Position numbers and translations under genes: made by a program
Notes under the pieces: generated by a model
What the model was told of the DNA's origin: nothing
Database searches by the model: none
What the model saw: the letters and a program-made list of their open reading frames with translations, nothing else
Assembly (NCBI GenBank): GCA_017553325.1
Contig: JAFZMH010000003.1
Location: forward strand, 14,640-78,639
Direction: 5' to 3'
DNA: 64,000 nt
Source: Clostridia bacterium
Lineage (GTDB): Bacteria > Bacillota > Clostridia > Christensenellales > CAG-917
Part shown: positions 7,177 to 16,400 of the stretch, piece by piece
How positions within the stretch are numbered: the stretch's first letter is position 1
Layout of the letters: every line of letters begins with the position of its first letter

Positions 7177-8001
7177 TTATTTTACTTTCTTTTTCATAGA
7201 AGCACAGAAGAACAACGAGAAGAGAAGTTGCAACAAACCGAGTGCGACGCCTGCAAATGCGAAATACGCGCCGCTTGTGATGATGCCGTGCTCGCCCATG
7301 AAGTAGACCATGATAAGTTCAACAAAGTTGCCTTCTTCAAAGATGCCCGGAGCGAGAAGCATAACAACTGCGATTGCAAACACGATAAGGCTTGCAAGGA
7401 AGTTCCATGCTCTGGCATACTTTTTGCCGATTGCACCGATGAGTGCAACAATGAAAACAATGCCGGAGAGCACAAAGAGTGCAGACGGAAGAACTGCAGG
7501 AATCCAACCCAAAGCATCGCTTGGTTGAACGAAAGTCTTGTTGATTAAGCCTTCAAACAAAGAAATTCCGTCAAAAGATGCAATGCCGCCCATCCAAGGT
7601 GGCAAGCTCCCCTCAGGGATAGTGCCGTTTTTGAGCAAATAAGCAACTGTGGAGAGGGCGACGAAGAGAAGCGAGAAGATCATCATAAAGATGTTTCTCG
7701 GGAGGCCCGATTTCTTTTCGGCTGCCTTTGCCTTCTTTGCTGCCTTCTTTTCTTCCTTCGGATCCATTGGGACCGGAGGCGCCGCCTGATATGTAGGTTC
7801 AAACTCGCTCGCGGCGGGGTTTGCCGGAGTGTAGGTGGGTTGAACCGTTGCGGTAGTATCGACTCTCGGGATCTTTACGCCAATAGTGACGCCGCAACTT
7901 GGGCATTTGATTTTGTGTTTGTATCCTTCCGGAAAGCTGTCTGCAGACTGCGGAAGTTCAAAGCTGATTTGCGCTCTGCAACTAGGACATCTGGTGTACA
8001 T
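7177..8001 (-). CDS. zinc-ribbon domain membrane protein (274 aa)
   Basis: The N-terminus has CPSC...CPSCG (MJ0042-type zinc ribbon), then a Pro/Ala/Lys-rich linker and about 5 hydrophobic helices. AAAGGAG lies upstream of the ATG. Confidence 0.65.
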   Translation of the reverse strand: MYTRCPSCRAQISFELPQSADSFPEGYKHKIKCPSCGVTIGVKIPRVDTTATVQPTYTPANPAASEFEPTYQAAPPVPMDPKEEKKAAKKAKAAEKKSGLPRNIFMMIFSLLFVALSTVAYLLKNGTIPEGSLPPWMGGIASFDGISLFEGLINKTFVQPSDALGWIPAVLPSALFVLSGIVFIVALIGAIGKKYARAWNFLASLIVFAIAVVMLLAPGIFEEGNFVELIMVYFMGEHGIITSGAYFAFAGVALGLLQLLFSLFFCASMKKKVK

Positions 8002-8139
8002 AGTAGACTCCTTTCTTTTTATTCTTTAATATTATAATATTATCTTCGCGCAAAGTCAATGACAATTCCATATTTTTTTATATTTGTGCGCGCTTGTGTA
8101 TTTTGCACGGGAGAAAACACAATACCTTGTGCAACCCTA

Positions 8140-8167
8140 TTGATTTTTTTGCGTCGTATGCTATAAT
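8140..8167 (+). promoter_or_regulatory. sigma-70-type promoter for the cobalamin riboswitch unit
   Basis: TTGATT (8140-8145), a 16-nt spacer, then TGcTATAAT (extended -10, hexamer at 8162-8167), immediately upstream of riboswitch stem P1. Confidence 0.55.
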
Positions 8168-8170
8168 ATA

Positions 8171-8326
8171 CTCGCTTAGTGCCCGAGTAAATCGGGATAA
8201 TCGGGAAGACAGTGCAAATCTGTCACAGCCCCCGCTACTGTGAGAGTCAAATGGGCAAACGTCACCGCAAGGGAAGGCGCCAACAAGTTTTTAACTTGTC
8301 TCAAGCCAGGAGACCGGCTAAGCGAG
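8171..8326 (+). promoter_or_regulatory. cobalamin (B12) riboswitch aptamer
   Basis: Closing stem ctcgcttag (8171) pairs with ctaagcgag (8318-8326). The core gggaagacagtgcaaatctgtcacagcccccgctactgt and the B12 box agccaggagaccggc are present. Confidence 0.85.
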
Positions 8327-8392
8327 CGCGAACGCAAGCGAGCGAACGCGCAAGCATACAAGGGATAACTCGGAGGGAAGTGTCCGCAAGAT

Positions 8393-8454
8393 TTAACACA
8401 CGCCGGTGTGTTTGTTTTGCTATTCTTTCCTCCGCGAATAAACGGAGGTTTTTT
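8393..8454 (+). terminator. riboswitch expression platform: two tandem terminator hairpins, the second sequestering the SD
   Basis: First hairpin is acacac gccg gtgtgt followed by ttgtttt. Second is cctccg (8429-8434) / cggagg (8443-8448) followed by tttttt, directly abutting ATG 8455. The 3' arm contains the GGAGG SD, and cggagggaa at about 8370 could act as an anti-sequestor. Confidence 0.6.
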
Positions 8455-8958
8455 ATGACGAAAACAGCAAAAAACGTCGTCAAACTTTTGACGATAGCAG
8501 CAATCCTCGTGGTAGTGACTTGCCTCTTGCTCGTCGGCTGCAACAAGGTTGAAGAACTCAAAGATTTGGGCAAGCCCGAAGCGGAAGAGGGTACAAAATC
8601 AATAACCGTATACGTCCAAAACGGAAACGGTTATACAAAGATCGAAACGAGCACCACTGAGGAATATTTGGAGGCTGTTCTTCTCAAATTGTTGCAAGAC
8701 CAACAACTTTCGGAGTGCACGATTTCGGGCGGTTTTATAAGCAGCATCAACAATATGCCGGGTGACACGCCGCGCGCATACATTGCGGTTTTCCACGACC
8801 TTGAAGAGGGCGAAGGCGAGACGTTGGTTGACAGAGGCGACTATGCGCCCGCCGACATTGAATATGACGGAAAGACGTTTGCGTATTCCGCAGTCGGCGT
8901 CAGTTCTTTGCCTGTCAGAGACGGTGCGGGCTATCTGTTCAAAGTTGAGACATATTGA
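8455..8958 (+). CDS. lipoprotein, DUF4430-like (candidate extracellular cobalamin-binding protein)
   Basis: True start is ATG 8455 after GGAGG; the ORF-track start at 8212 runs through the riboswitch. It has the lipobox LLVGC. The C-terminal region (GGFISSINNM...VRDGAGYLFKVETY) resembles DUF4430, a family frequently found behind B12 riboswitches. Confidence 0.55.
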   Translation: MTKTAKNVVKLLTIAAILVVVTCLLLVGCNKVEELKDLGKPEAEEGTKSITVYVQNGNGYTKIETSTTEEYLEAVLLKLLQDQQLSECTISGGFISSINNMPGDTPRAYIAVFHDLEEGEGETLVDRGDYAPADIEYDGKTFAYSAVGVSSLPVRDGAGYLFKVETY

Positions 8959-9031
8959 TAAAAACCACACTTTATATATCAAAAACAGCACGATAAAACC
9001 TTAATTTGTTCAATAAGCGTATAATTAATCA

Positions 9032-9739
9032 ATGATGGCGGCAGACGGCAAAAGCTGGAAAAACAACGGTAGAGTGGCAACGATTTTCGTTGCGAGGGTG
9101 GCGATTCTCGCCTCCCTTTTGACCGTGGGCAAGATTGCTTTTGCCGCTCTGCCGAACGTGGAAGTCGTGACGCTTCTCATCATCGTGTACGGGGCGACCC
9201 TCGGGCTTCCGTACGCACTCACGGCGGCGCTCATATTCTGCACGGTGGAGATGGCGTTGTATTCGCCGCACACTTGGATACTTATGTATTATATCTATTG
9301 GCCGTTGCTTGCCGTTCTGTCATCGTTGTTGCTTAGAAGGCGGAACGTTTTCAAGACGACCGTCGTAGCCGTTGTTCTTGCCGTAATATACGCGGAGTTT
9401 TTGGGGGTGTTGTCCTCGAGCGTAGAAACGCTTGTGTTGGGGACGATGTCGTCGGAGGCCTTGGGAAAGTATTGGCTCGGCTATTATCTTAAGGGCGTAT
9501 ATTTCGACGTGGTGCACATGATTTCAAACGCAATAATCGTCGGAGTGTTGTTTGCGCCGCTCGTACTGCTCGTGCGAAAGCTTGCGCCAGACGCCTGTGT
9601 GCTTGCAAACGGAAAAATGAAAAAACTCTACCGCCTTTGCGGAACGTACGAGCGCGAGACGGAAGAGGATGGTGAGAGCGACGATTTTGAAGAGCCTTAC
9701 GTGGTGGCGGTGGACGCCGAGAACGAGAGGTCAGCCTGA
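9032..9739 (+). CDS. multi-pass membrane protein, candidate ECF-type S component for a corrinoid (context only)
   Basis: Has about 6 hydrophobic helices and an acidic C-terminal tail, lies 73 nt downstream of the riboswitch-controlled lipoprotein gene, and has no SD. The function is inferred from context only. Confidence 0.4.
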   Translation: MMAADGKSWKNNGRVATIFVARVAILASLLTVGKIAFAALPNVEVVTLLIIVYGATLGLPYALTAALIFCTVEMALYSPHTWILMYYIYWPLLAVLSSLLLRRRNVFKTTVVAVVLAVIYAEFLGVLSSSVETLVLGTMSSEALGKYWLGYYLKGVYFDVVHMISNAIIVGVLFAPLVLLVRKLAPDACVLANGKMKKLYRLCGTYERETEEDGESDDFEEPYVVAVDAENERSA

Positions 9740-10039
9740 TTCTTTTTCTATCAACGCTTTGACCTTGACGTAGTCCTCGCACAGGCGGATGATATAGCGT
9801 TGTTTTTCCTCGTGGGAGAGGGAAGCGAGGAGGTTTTGGTCGCCGAGCTGAGCGACGGGGCTCGTAAGTTCTTGCCCGTCGCGTTTTAATTGTTTGAGTT
9901 TGAAGTATATCACCTGCTGTTCGGCGGTGATATTTTTGGGTATGGCGTTTTGTTCGGCATACTTGTTTTGGGCAAGTCGTTTTTTGGCTTGGTTTGCCAA
10001 CGTTCGTATGGTGCATTTTGGATGTTTGACGTTGCTCAT
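9731..10039 (-). CDS. hypothetical small protein (102 aa)
   Basis: Start set at MSNVKHPK (ATG ending at 10039), preceded by AAGGAGG. The ORF-track start at 10114 lacks an SD. No family recognised. Confidence 0.5.
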   Translation of the reverse strand: MSNVKHPKCTIRTLANQAKKRLAQNKYAEQNAIPKNITAEQQVIYFKLKQLKRDGQELTSPVAQLGDQNLLASLSHEEKQRYIIRLCEDYVKVKALIEKESG

Positions 10040-10203
10040 CGTTGCCTCCTTGCATATTGTAGCACAAAAGCGAAGGAAAGAAGCGGAGGGGCAAAAACAG
10101 ACAAAATTCGACAAAAAAAGTGCGGTGAAAATCGCGAACGGAAAAAAATCGCGTTACACGTGTACTAATATTTAAAAAGCGTCGAGAAATTTCGAGTTTG
10201 ATA

Positions 10204-10232
10204 TTGACTTTGAGCGTGGCAAATGTTAAAAT
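10204..10232 (+). promoter_or_regulatory. sigma-70-type promoter upstream of the giant surface-protein gene
   Basis: TTGACT (10204-10209), a 17-nt spacer, then TAAAAT (10227-10232). This implies a leader of about 250 nt. Confidence 0.5.
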
Positions 10233-10426
10233 TTGCATAAGTATATTGTTTTTTATATTCTTTTAATGGGTTAGGAAGAATATAATGCGTATACGGGCGC
10301 GTATTGCGCTCTTATAGAGAGGGAGAAGATTTTGAAAGCAAGTTATACTGTCGCAGTATACACAACCACAACGCAAGGACAAACCGTGTCCGTTTTTACT
10401 TGCGCATCAACTTGTTAAAACTTATG

Positions 10427-10460
10427 CCGTCGAGACGCTTTCTCGGCGGTTTATTTTTTT
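10427..10460 (+). terminator. intrinsic-terminator-like hairpin inside the leader of the giant gene
   Basis: Arms ccgtcgaga and tctcggcgg (9 bp, one G-U) with loop cgctt, followed by tttattttttt. It ends 15 nt before the GGAGG SD of the 10488 start. Confidence 0.55.
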
Positions 10461-10487
10461 AAAATAATTGATATAGGAGGCAACATT

Positions 10488-13400
10488 ATGAACAAGAAAC
10501 ATTCTCAGCGTTTATCACTTGTCGCAGTAGTCGTGTTGGTGGTGCTACTCGGCGTTGTGACGGCGATGACGCTTAAAGTTTCACCAAGTCACAGCGTGGC
10601 GTTTGCTGACGGCTGGTTGCAAACCGGTTATGAAATCGAAATCAGCAACAACGGCGACCCCGTCGGCAGCATCACTGATGAGATTTGGTTTGAGTATGGC
10701 GCAGGAACCGCAGGCGGTATTTCTGCGACAATCTATCCGTCCGGGATGGGCCCCGGTGACGCAATCACCCCCGATGAGATTTACTATGAACAATACGTAA
10801 ACTCTAATTGGGAAAGTTTTGTCGGGACGCCATTGCATACGGGCACCTACAGAAAGGTCTACACCTATGACGAAGGAGGCGGAGCGGAACGAATTGCAGA
10901 GATTGTGTTTGAAATCACACCGGTCCCCGTCATCATTTCGATGGATGAAACGACGTTCTATTATAAGGGGAGCGCGTTTAGTCTCACGCCAACCGTCGGT
11001 TCACCGCACGATGAATATTTCACTGCGGTAGTCAACTGGGATGATGAAGCACCAAATATGCCAGGCGAATATGATTACACATTATCGCTTCAGTTAAAAC
11101 CCGGTAAAGAAGCGGTGTTGAGCGATTATGTTCCGTCGCCGGCGAGTGGTAGCGTCGAAGTTTTGAAGAGACAACTCGATTATTCAACTTTCCAAGCTGA
11201 ACTACCTTACAACGGCTCTCCTCAAAACGGTATTACCGTAAAATATGAGCCTCTATCTACTCCTGAGGTTGATGATCCGACCATAATGACGGAAGCAAAC
11301 GGCTATATGCCGCTTGACGACGTCATTGTCAAGATCAACTCGTTCCGCTGGGGCGGCGTTGGCGGCGATGAAAAAATCTATTCGGGTGAAATCGGCGACG
11401 ACTATATCGTTGGTGTCGAAATCGCGGAAGAATATCGTGATCGCTATTATTTCGGTATACATACCGAGCCGGATCCTCAAGACCCGATGAACATGATCAC
11501 CGTCTATGATTACGATCACTACAATTCAACGCAGGACATCGTTAAAGCCACAGTTATCCCGAACGCAGTCGCGTTGGGTGGCGTGCTTGGCTCCCAATAT
11601 ATGGTCGGTGAAGAAAGCGCATATTCAAGACTTGACGGCATCACTGACGTCACGGACAGAATTGTGCTCTCATTGAGTTCGCTCCCAGGCTATGAAGACG
11701 GCTTGTCGGAGCATCTTACACCGTCAGGCGATTGGGAATGGGCGCTTGGCGAAGCTCATGACGACGGCGAAGCGACGGATCATGGCTTGTCATTCGAATA
11801 TGTCACCACTGAGGCATTCCCCGCAAACACGGCGGAAGTCGGACAGCATTATACGTTGAGACAATGGGTGACGGGCAACAGCAATTATGATGATTCATAT
11901 ATCTATCTCACGTTTGAAGTCAAGAAGATTCCGGTGTATATGCGCGCAGACGACTTGGAGTACAACGGCGCAGATCAAACACCGGACGTCACATTCTATC
12001 AATACATAATTGACGAAAACAGCTTCTTCAAACTCAGCACAAGCATTGTCACAAACGGCACCACTGCACAAAGAAACGTTGGCGAATATGCCCTCGCAGG
12101 CAACTTTGTCGGTTCGTCAGGGGACTCCTATGCGTTCGTCGCAGGTGATGCGGGAGCAATCTTCCACATTTATGCTACGACGTTGACTCCGGATTTGACA
12201 CTTGCAAGCAACAGTCTTGTCTACGGTACTGCAGTTGGACCAACGTTTGACGGTGTAAATTTGGACGATATGGCAGGTGAAGATGACAAAGTTGCACAAC
12301 ACGTCAACGAAAACTATTACTATCGTTACAGCGCGGAAGAGCCGGAAAACGCCGCCGCTTGGGATCTTATTGGTTGGATAGAAGCTCCATCGGGTGCAAC
12401 TTTTGCAGAAGTAAAGAACGTTGGTTTCTATCAACTCAAATATGACTTTGTTTGCGACGGTTATTTGGACACCTACATCAACTATGTATCTGCCGGCCCA
12501 AGCATCGTAAACGTCACAGTCACCAAGAAGGCGCTCACGATCACGGCAGACAATAAGGATATTGTATATGGTGAGGCTGCTCCTGAGTGGACGATAACGC
12601 CAAGTGGCTTTGAGTATGGTGAGACGGTCAGCGTTCTCGGCGGTGAACTTGCGTTTGCATGTGATTACAACACTGCAGATCCTGCAAACAGAGGCGCAAA
12701 CGATTATACCATCACTCCGAGTGGTTACACCAGCGCCAACTATGCGATCACACACACTGCCGGCACACTCACGGTTGCCAAGGCAACACTCGCGGTCACG
12801 GTTGATGCAGATCAAACAAAGGTCTACGGTCAAGCTGATCCCGCACTTACGTTCAGTGTCGGTGCAAGCCAGTTCAGCGACAACATTCAAAACACAAGCA
12901 CGTTCTTCAATGGCGCACTTGCTCGTGTAGCAGGCGAACCTGTTGGCACTTATGCAATCAGCCAAGGCACGCTTGCATTGAAGTCTGCATATTCAGCAAA
13001 TTACAACATCAGCTTCACGGGTGACAACTTCACAATCACAAAGGCGACGCTCACGGTCACGGTTGACGCGGATCAATCAAAGACCTACGGTGACGACGAT
13101 CCTGCACTTACGTTCAGTGTCGGCGCAAGCCAGTTCAGCGACAACATTCAAGCAACCAGCACCTACTTCAACGGTGCGCTTGCTCGTGTAGAAGGCGAGA
13201 CATACAATGCGCTCGGTTATGCAATCAGCCAAGGAACGCTTGCTTTGAAGCCTGCATACGCAGACAATTACAACATCAGCTTCACAGGCAACACCTTCAT
13301 GATAAACAAGCTTGAAGTCGTTATCAGCTGGAGCGGTATCACCGGCTTTACGGTTGAATACGACGGCGTCAGACACGCATTGAGCGCAGAGGTCACCAAC

Positions 13401-16400
13401 CTTGTCCCGGGCGACGAGTTGGAACTTGAAGTTTTCGAAAACGGCGCGAAAAGCGTTAACTCTTACACAGCATATGTTGAATTGCCGGACACTGAAACCG
13501 CAAACAATTATCAGTTGTCTCATGAAAACGCGCATAGAACTCAAGCTTGGTCCATCACTGCAAAAGACGTTTCCGTCAATTTCACTGCGCTCACTAAGGT
13601 TTACACCGGCAGTGCGCAACTCCCGAGTTATAATTTGGACGGCGTAATTGCAGGCGACTCTGAAAACGTCACGCTTGCGTTTGAAGGCGGAAATGCAATC
13701 GACGTAGACGAAGTCGACGGCTACGACAAGACGTTCACGCTTAACGGTTCAAAAGCAAGCAACTACAACCTTGTTGCAGGCGCAAACTATACGGTTGACG
13801 CAGGCGTTGGTACGGTCAACCTCAAGATAGCACGTCTTGAAGTCACCTACACCACGGCTTTGACAGGCGATGGCGACGGCGATTTGTCGGTTGCCTATGA
13901 CGGTTCATCACATACGCTCTCCGCAACAATCACCAACAAACAAACCAAGGATACAGTTCTCGACGACGTTTCAATTGCGATTTCGACGCACGCGACAGAA
14001 ACCAATGCAGGCGAATACGTTGCAACACTCATCTTTGAAGGTACAAGAGCATTCAACTATAAGTTTGCACTTGGCGAGAACACGGTGACGTGGAATATCG
14101 CAAAGATCGACGCAGTGATTACGCTTGCTCCCGCAAAGGTTAACGGCCTCGTCTACAACGGCGAGAACCAAGCGCTTGTCACGGCAGGTACGGTGACGGG
14201 CGGTACGCTTTATTACAGCCTCGACAACGATAGTTGGGATGATGAAGTCCCGACGGCGTTCAATGCAAACACCTCCGGCTACACCGTTTGGTACAAGGTC
14301 GTTCCGGACGGCAACCACAACGCAATCGACGCAACGAGCATCACGTCTATCGTCGTCAGCAGAAAGACTGCGACCATCAAGCCGAACGCAGGTCAAACGA
14401 GAGTCTACGGCGCAGGTGAACCGGCAACGTTCGGTTATACGATTGACGGTATCCTTCCGGGCGATGTGGACGCTTACGTCACGTATGCGGGCAACATCAT
14501 CCGTGCAGAAGGCGATAACGCAGGCGAATATACATATTCAAATTATACGGTTTGTTTGTACGAAGGAAGCACAGGCGATCGTCATAACAACTATGACCTT
14601 ACGATCGACGACGTGACCAACAAGTTTGTCATTACGCCAAAAACTGTCACCTATGCCAAGTATTATGACGGTGATATCGAAAAGACTACGGCAACGTACA
14701 ACGGTGGCCAACACACGTTCAACGCTCGCGTCACAAACCTTGAACCGGGCGACACGGTCACGATTACGGTCAGTGGCAACGGCACGAACGCTAACACTTA
14801 CAATCGCACTTTGACTTTGGGCGGCGCTGACAAAAACAACTATCAATTTGACGGTGCGAATATGTACGGTCAACTTGAAAACGTTCAGTTTGTCATTGCA
14901 AAAGCAGACTACGATATGACGGGCATCACGTTTGACAGCGCAGAATTGCCGTACAACGGCGCGGCGCAAAGCTTGACGATTGAGGGTGAACTTCCTGAAG
15001 GTGAGGACCACATTCAAGTGACGGTCAATTACAGTGGCAGCGCAATGAACGTAAGCCAAGGCGCAGTATTGGTCACGGCAACGTTTGCTACGACCAGCAC
15101 GAACTACAACGTGCCTAACGCTATGCAAGCATACGTCACGATCACCCCGATTGAATACGATATGTTAGGCATCAGCTTTGAAAACGCAGAAGTCGTGTAC
15201 GACGGCGAGGCGCACAGCTTGACGATTGAGGGTGACCTTCCGACAGGCTTGGACGGCATTTCGGTGACAGTCAACTACAGTGGCGAAGCGACGCACGTAA
15301 ATGATGGCGCGGTGGCTGTCACGGCAACGTTCTCAACGACAAGCGCGAACTACAACGTGCCTGATCCGATGGAAGCGACAATCACGATTTTGCCGCGTCC
15401 TATCAGACTCGCAATCAACGATGCAACATCCGTTTACGGCAATGCGCTTGCAAATTTGAGCGCAGAGTGGGTTGAAGATACCCAAAACGGCAAGATGACA
15501 ATCATCGGTGGCGACACGCTTGAACTTGACGTGAACTACTCGCTCACGGCTTATGTGCCGAACCCTCAAGAACCACTCACTTCAACGAGCCCTGTCTCAG
15601 ACGGCTATATCATTATCGGCGACGATATTGACCCGGATGACGACTACGAAATCTATTTCTGGCAAGGTTCATACACACTCACGGCGCGTCCGATCACGGT
15701 TGTCTACGATCCGTTGCAAGAACCGAAGGGTGCAACTTACGGTGCAACTGCCGAGTGGACCGCTCTCGGTGAAGAGATGATGACAAACGGTCTCTATCTC
15801 TCAACCACGGACGGCGTTGCAAACGGCGAAGGCTTGCTTGGTCTCCTCACGATTACATTCACGAAAGCAGGCGATCCGACGGTCTACACCGAGGGCGACC
15901 TTGACGACGAACTCGCGGCAGGCACGTATCAAATGGTCGTTGTAAGCAACAGCGCAAACTACAATATGACCATCAACCTCGGCGAAAAGGCTTATCTCGT
16001 GGTCAGCCCGCGCGCACTTGAGGTCACAATCACAGGCGCGACAAGCGTCTACGGCGACGCAATAGCAGTCCCGAACGTTGCAATCACGGCAGGCACGCTC
16101 GCAAACGAAGATGCGAACCCGTGGCAACTCACGGCAGCGTACACCGCGCTCACCAACACGACGGGCGTTTCAAGCGTCGCAGTCCTTGAAGCAACGAACG
16201 CCAACTATGCAATTACATTCGTCGGCAACACCTATTCAATCACCAAGAAGGATCTCACGATCACCGCTGACGACAAGGAAGTCGAGTATGGTGCAGCCGT
16301 TCCGACGTACACCGTCAGCTACGAAGGCTTCATCGAAGGTGATAACGAAAGCGTCCTCGGCGGCGAACTTGCGTTTGCTTGCGATTATACGACAAGCACA

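Noticed and set aside
8212-8454. N-terminal 81 codons of the 8212..8958 ORF.
   Set aside because: This stretch is the cobalamin riboswitch and its terminators. The real start is ATG 8455, with GGAGG and a lipoprotein signal.
9489-10238. A 249-aa Arg/Pro-rich minus-strand ORF spanning the end of the 9032 gene, the small 9731..10039 gene and the promoter region.
   Set aside because: Its composition is implausible. It overlaps two better-supported genes in other frames and has no SD.
12780-15392. Regularly spaced nucleotide repeats that could look like a CRISPR or VNTR array.
   Set aside because: The units are 246-261 nt, in frame, and translate into protein domain repeats of the giant gene. 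There are no short direct repeats with unique spacers.
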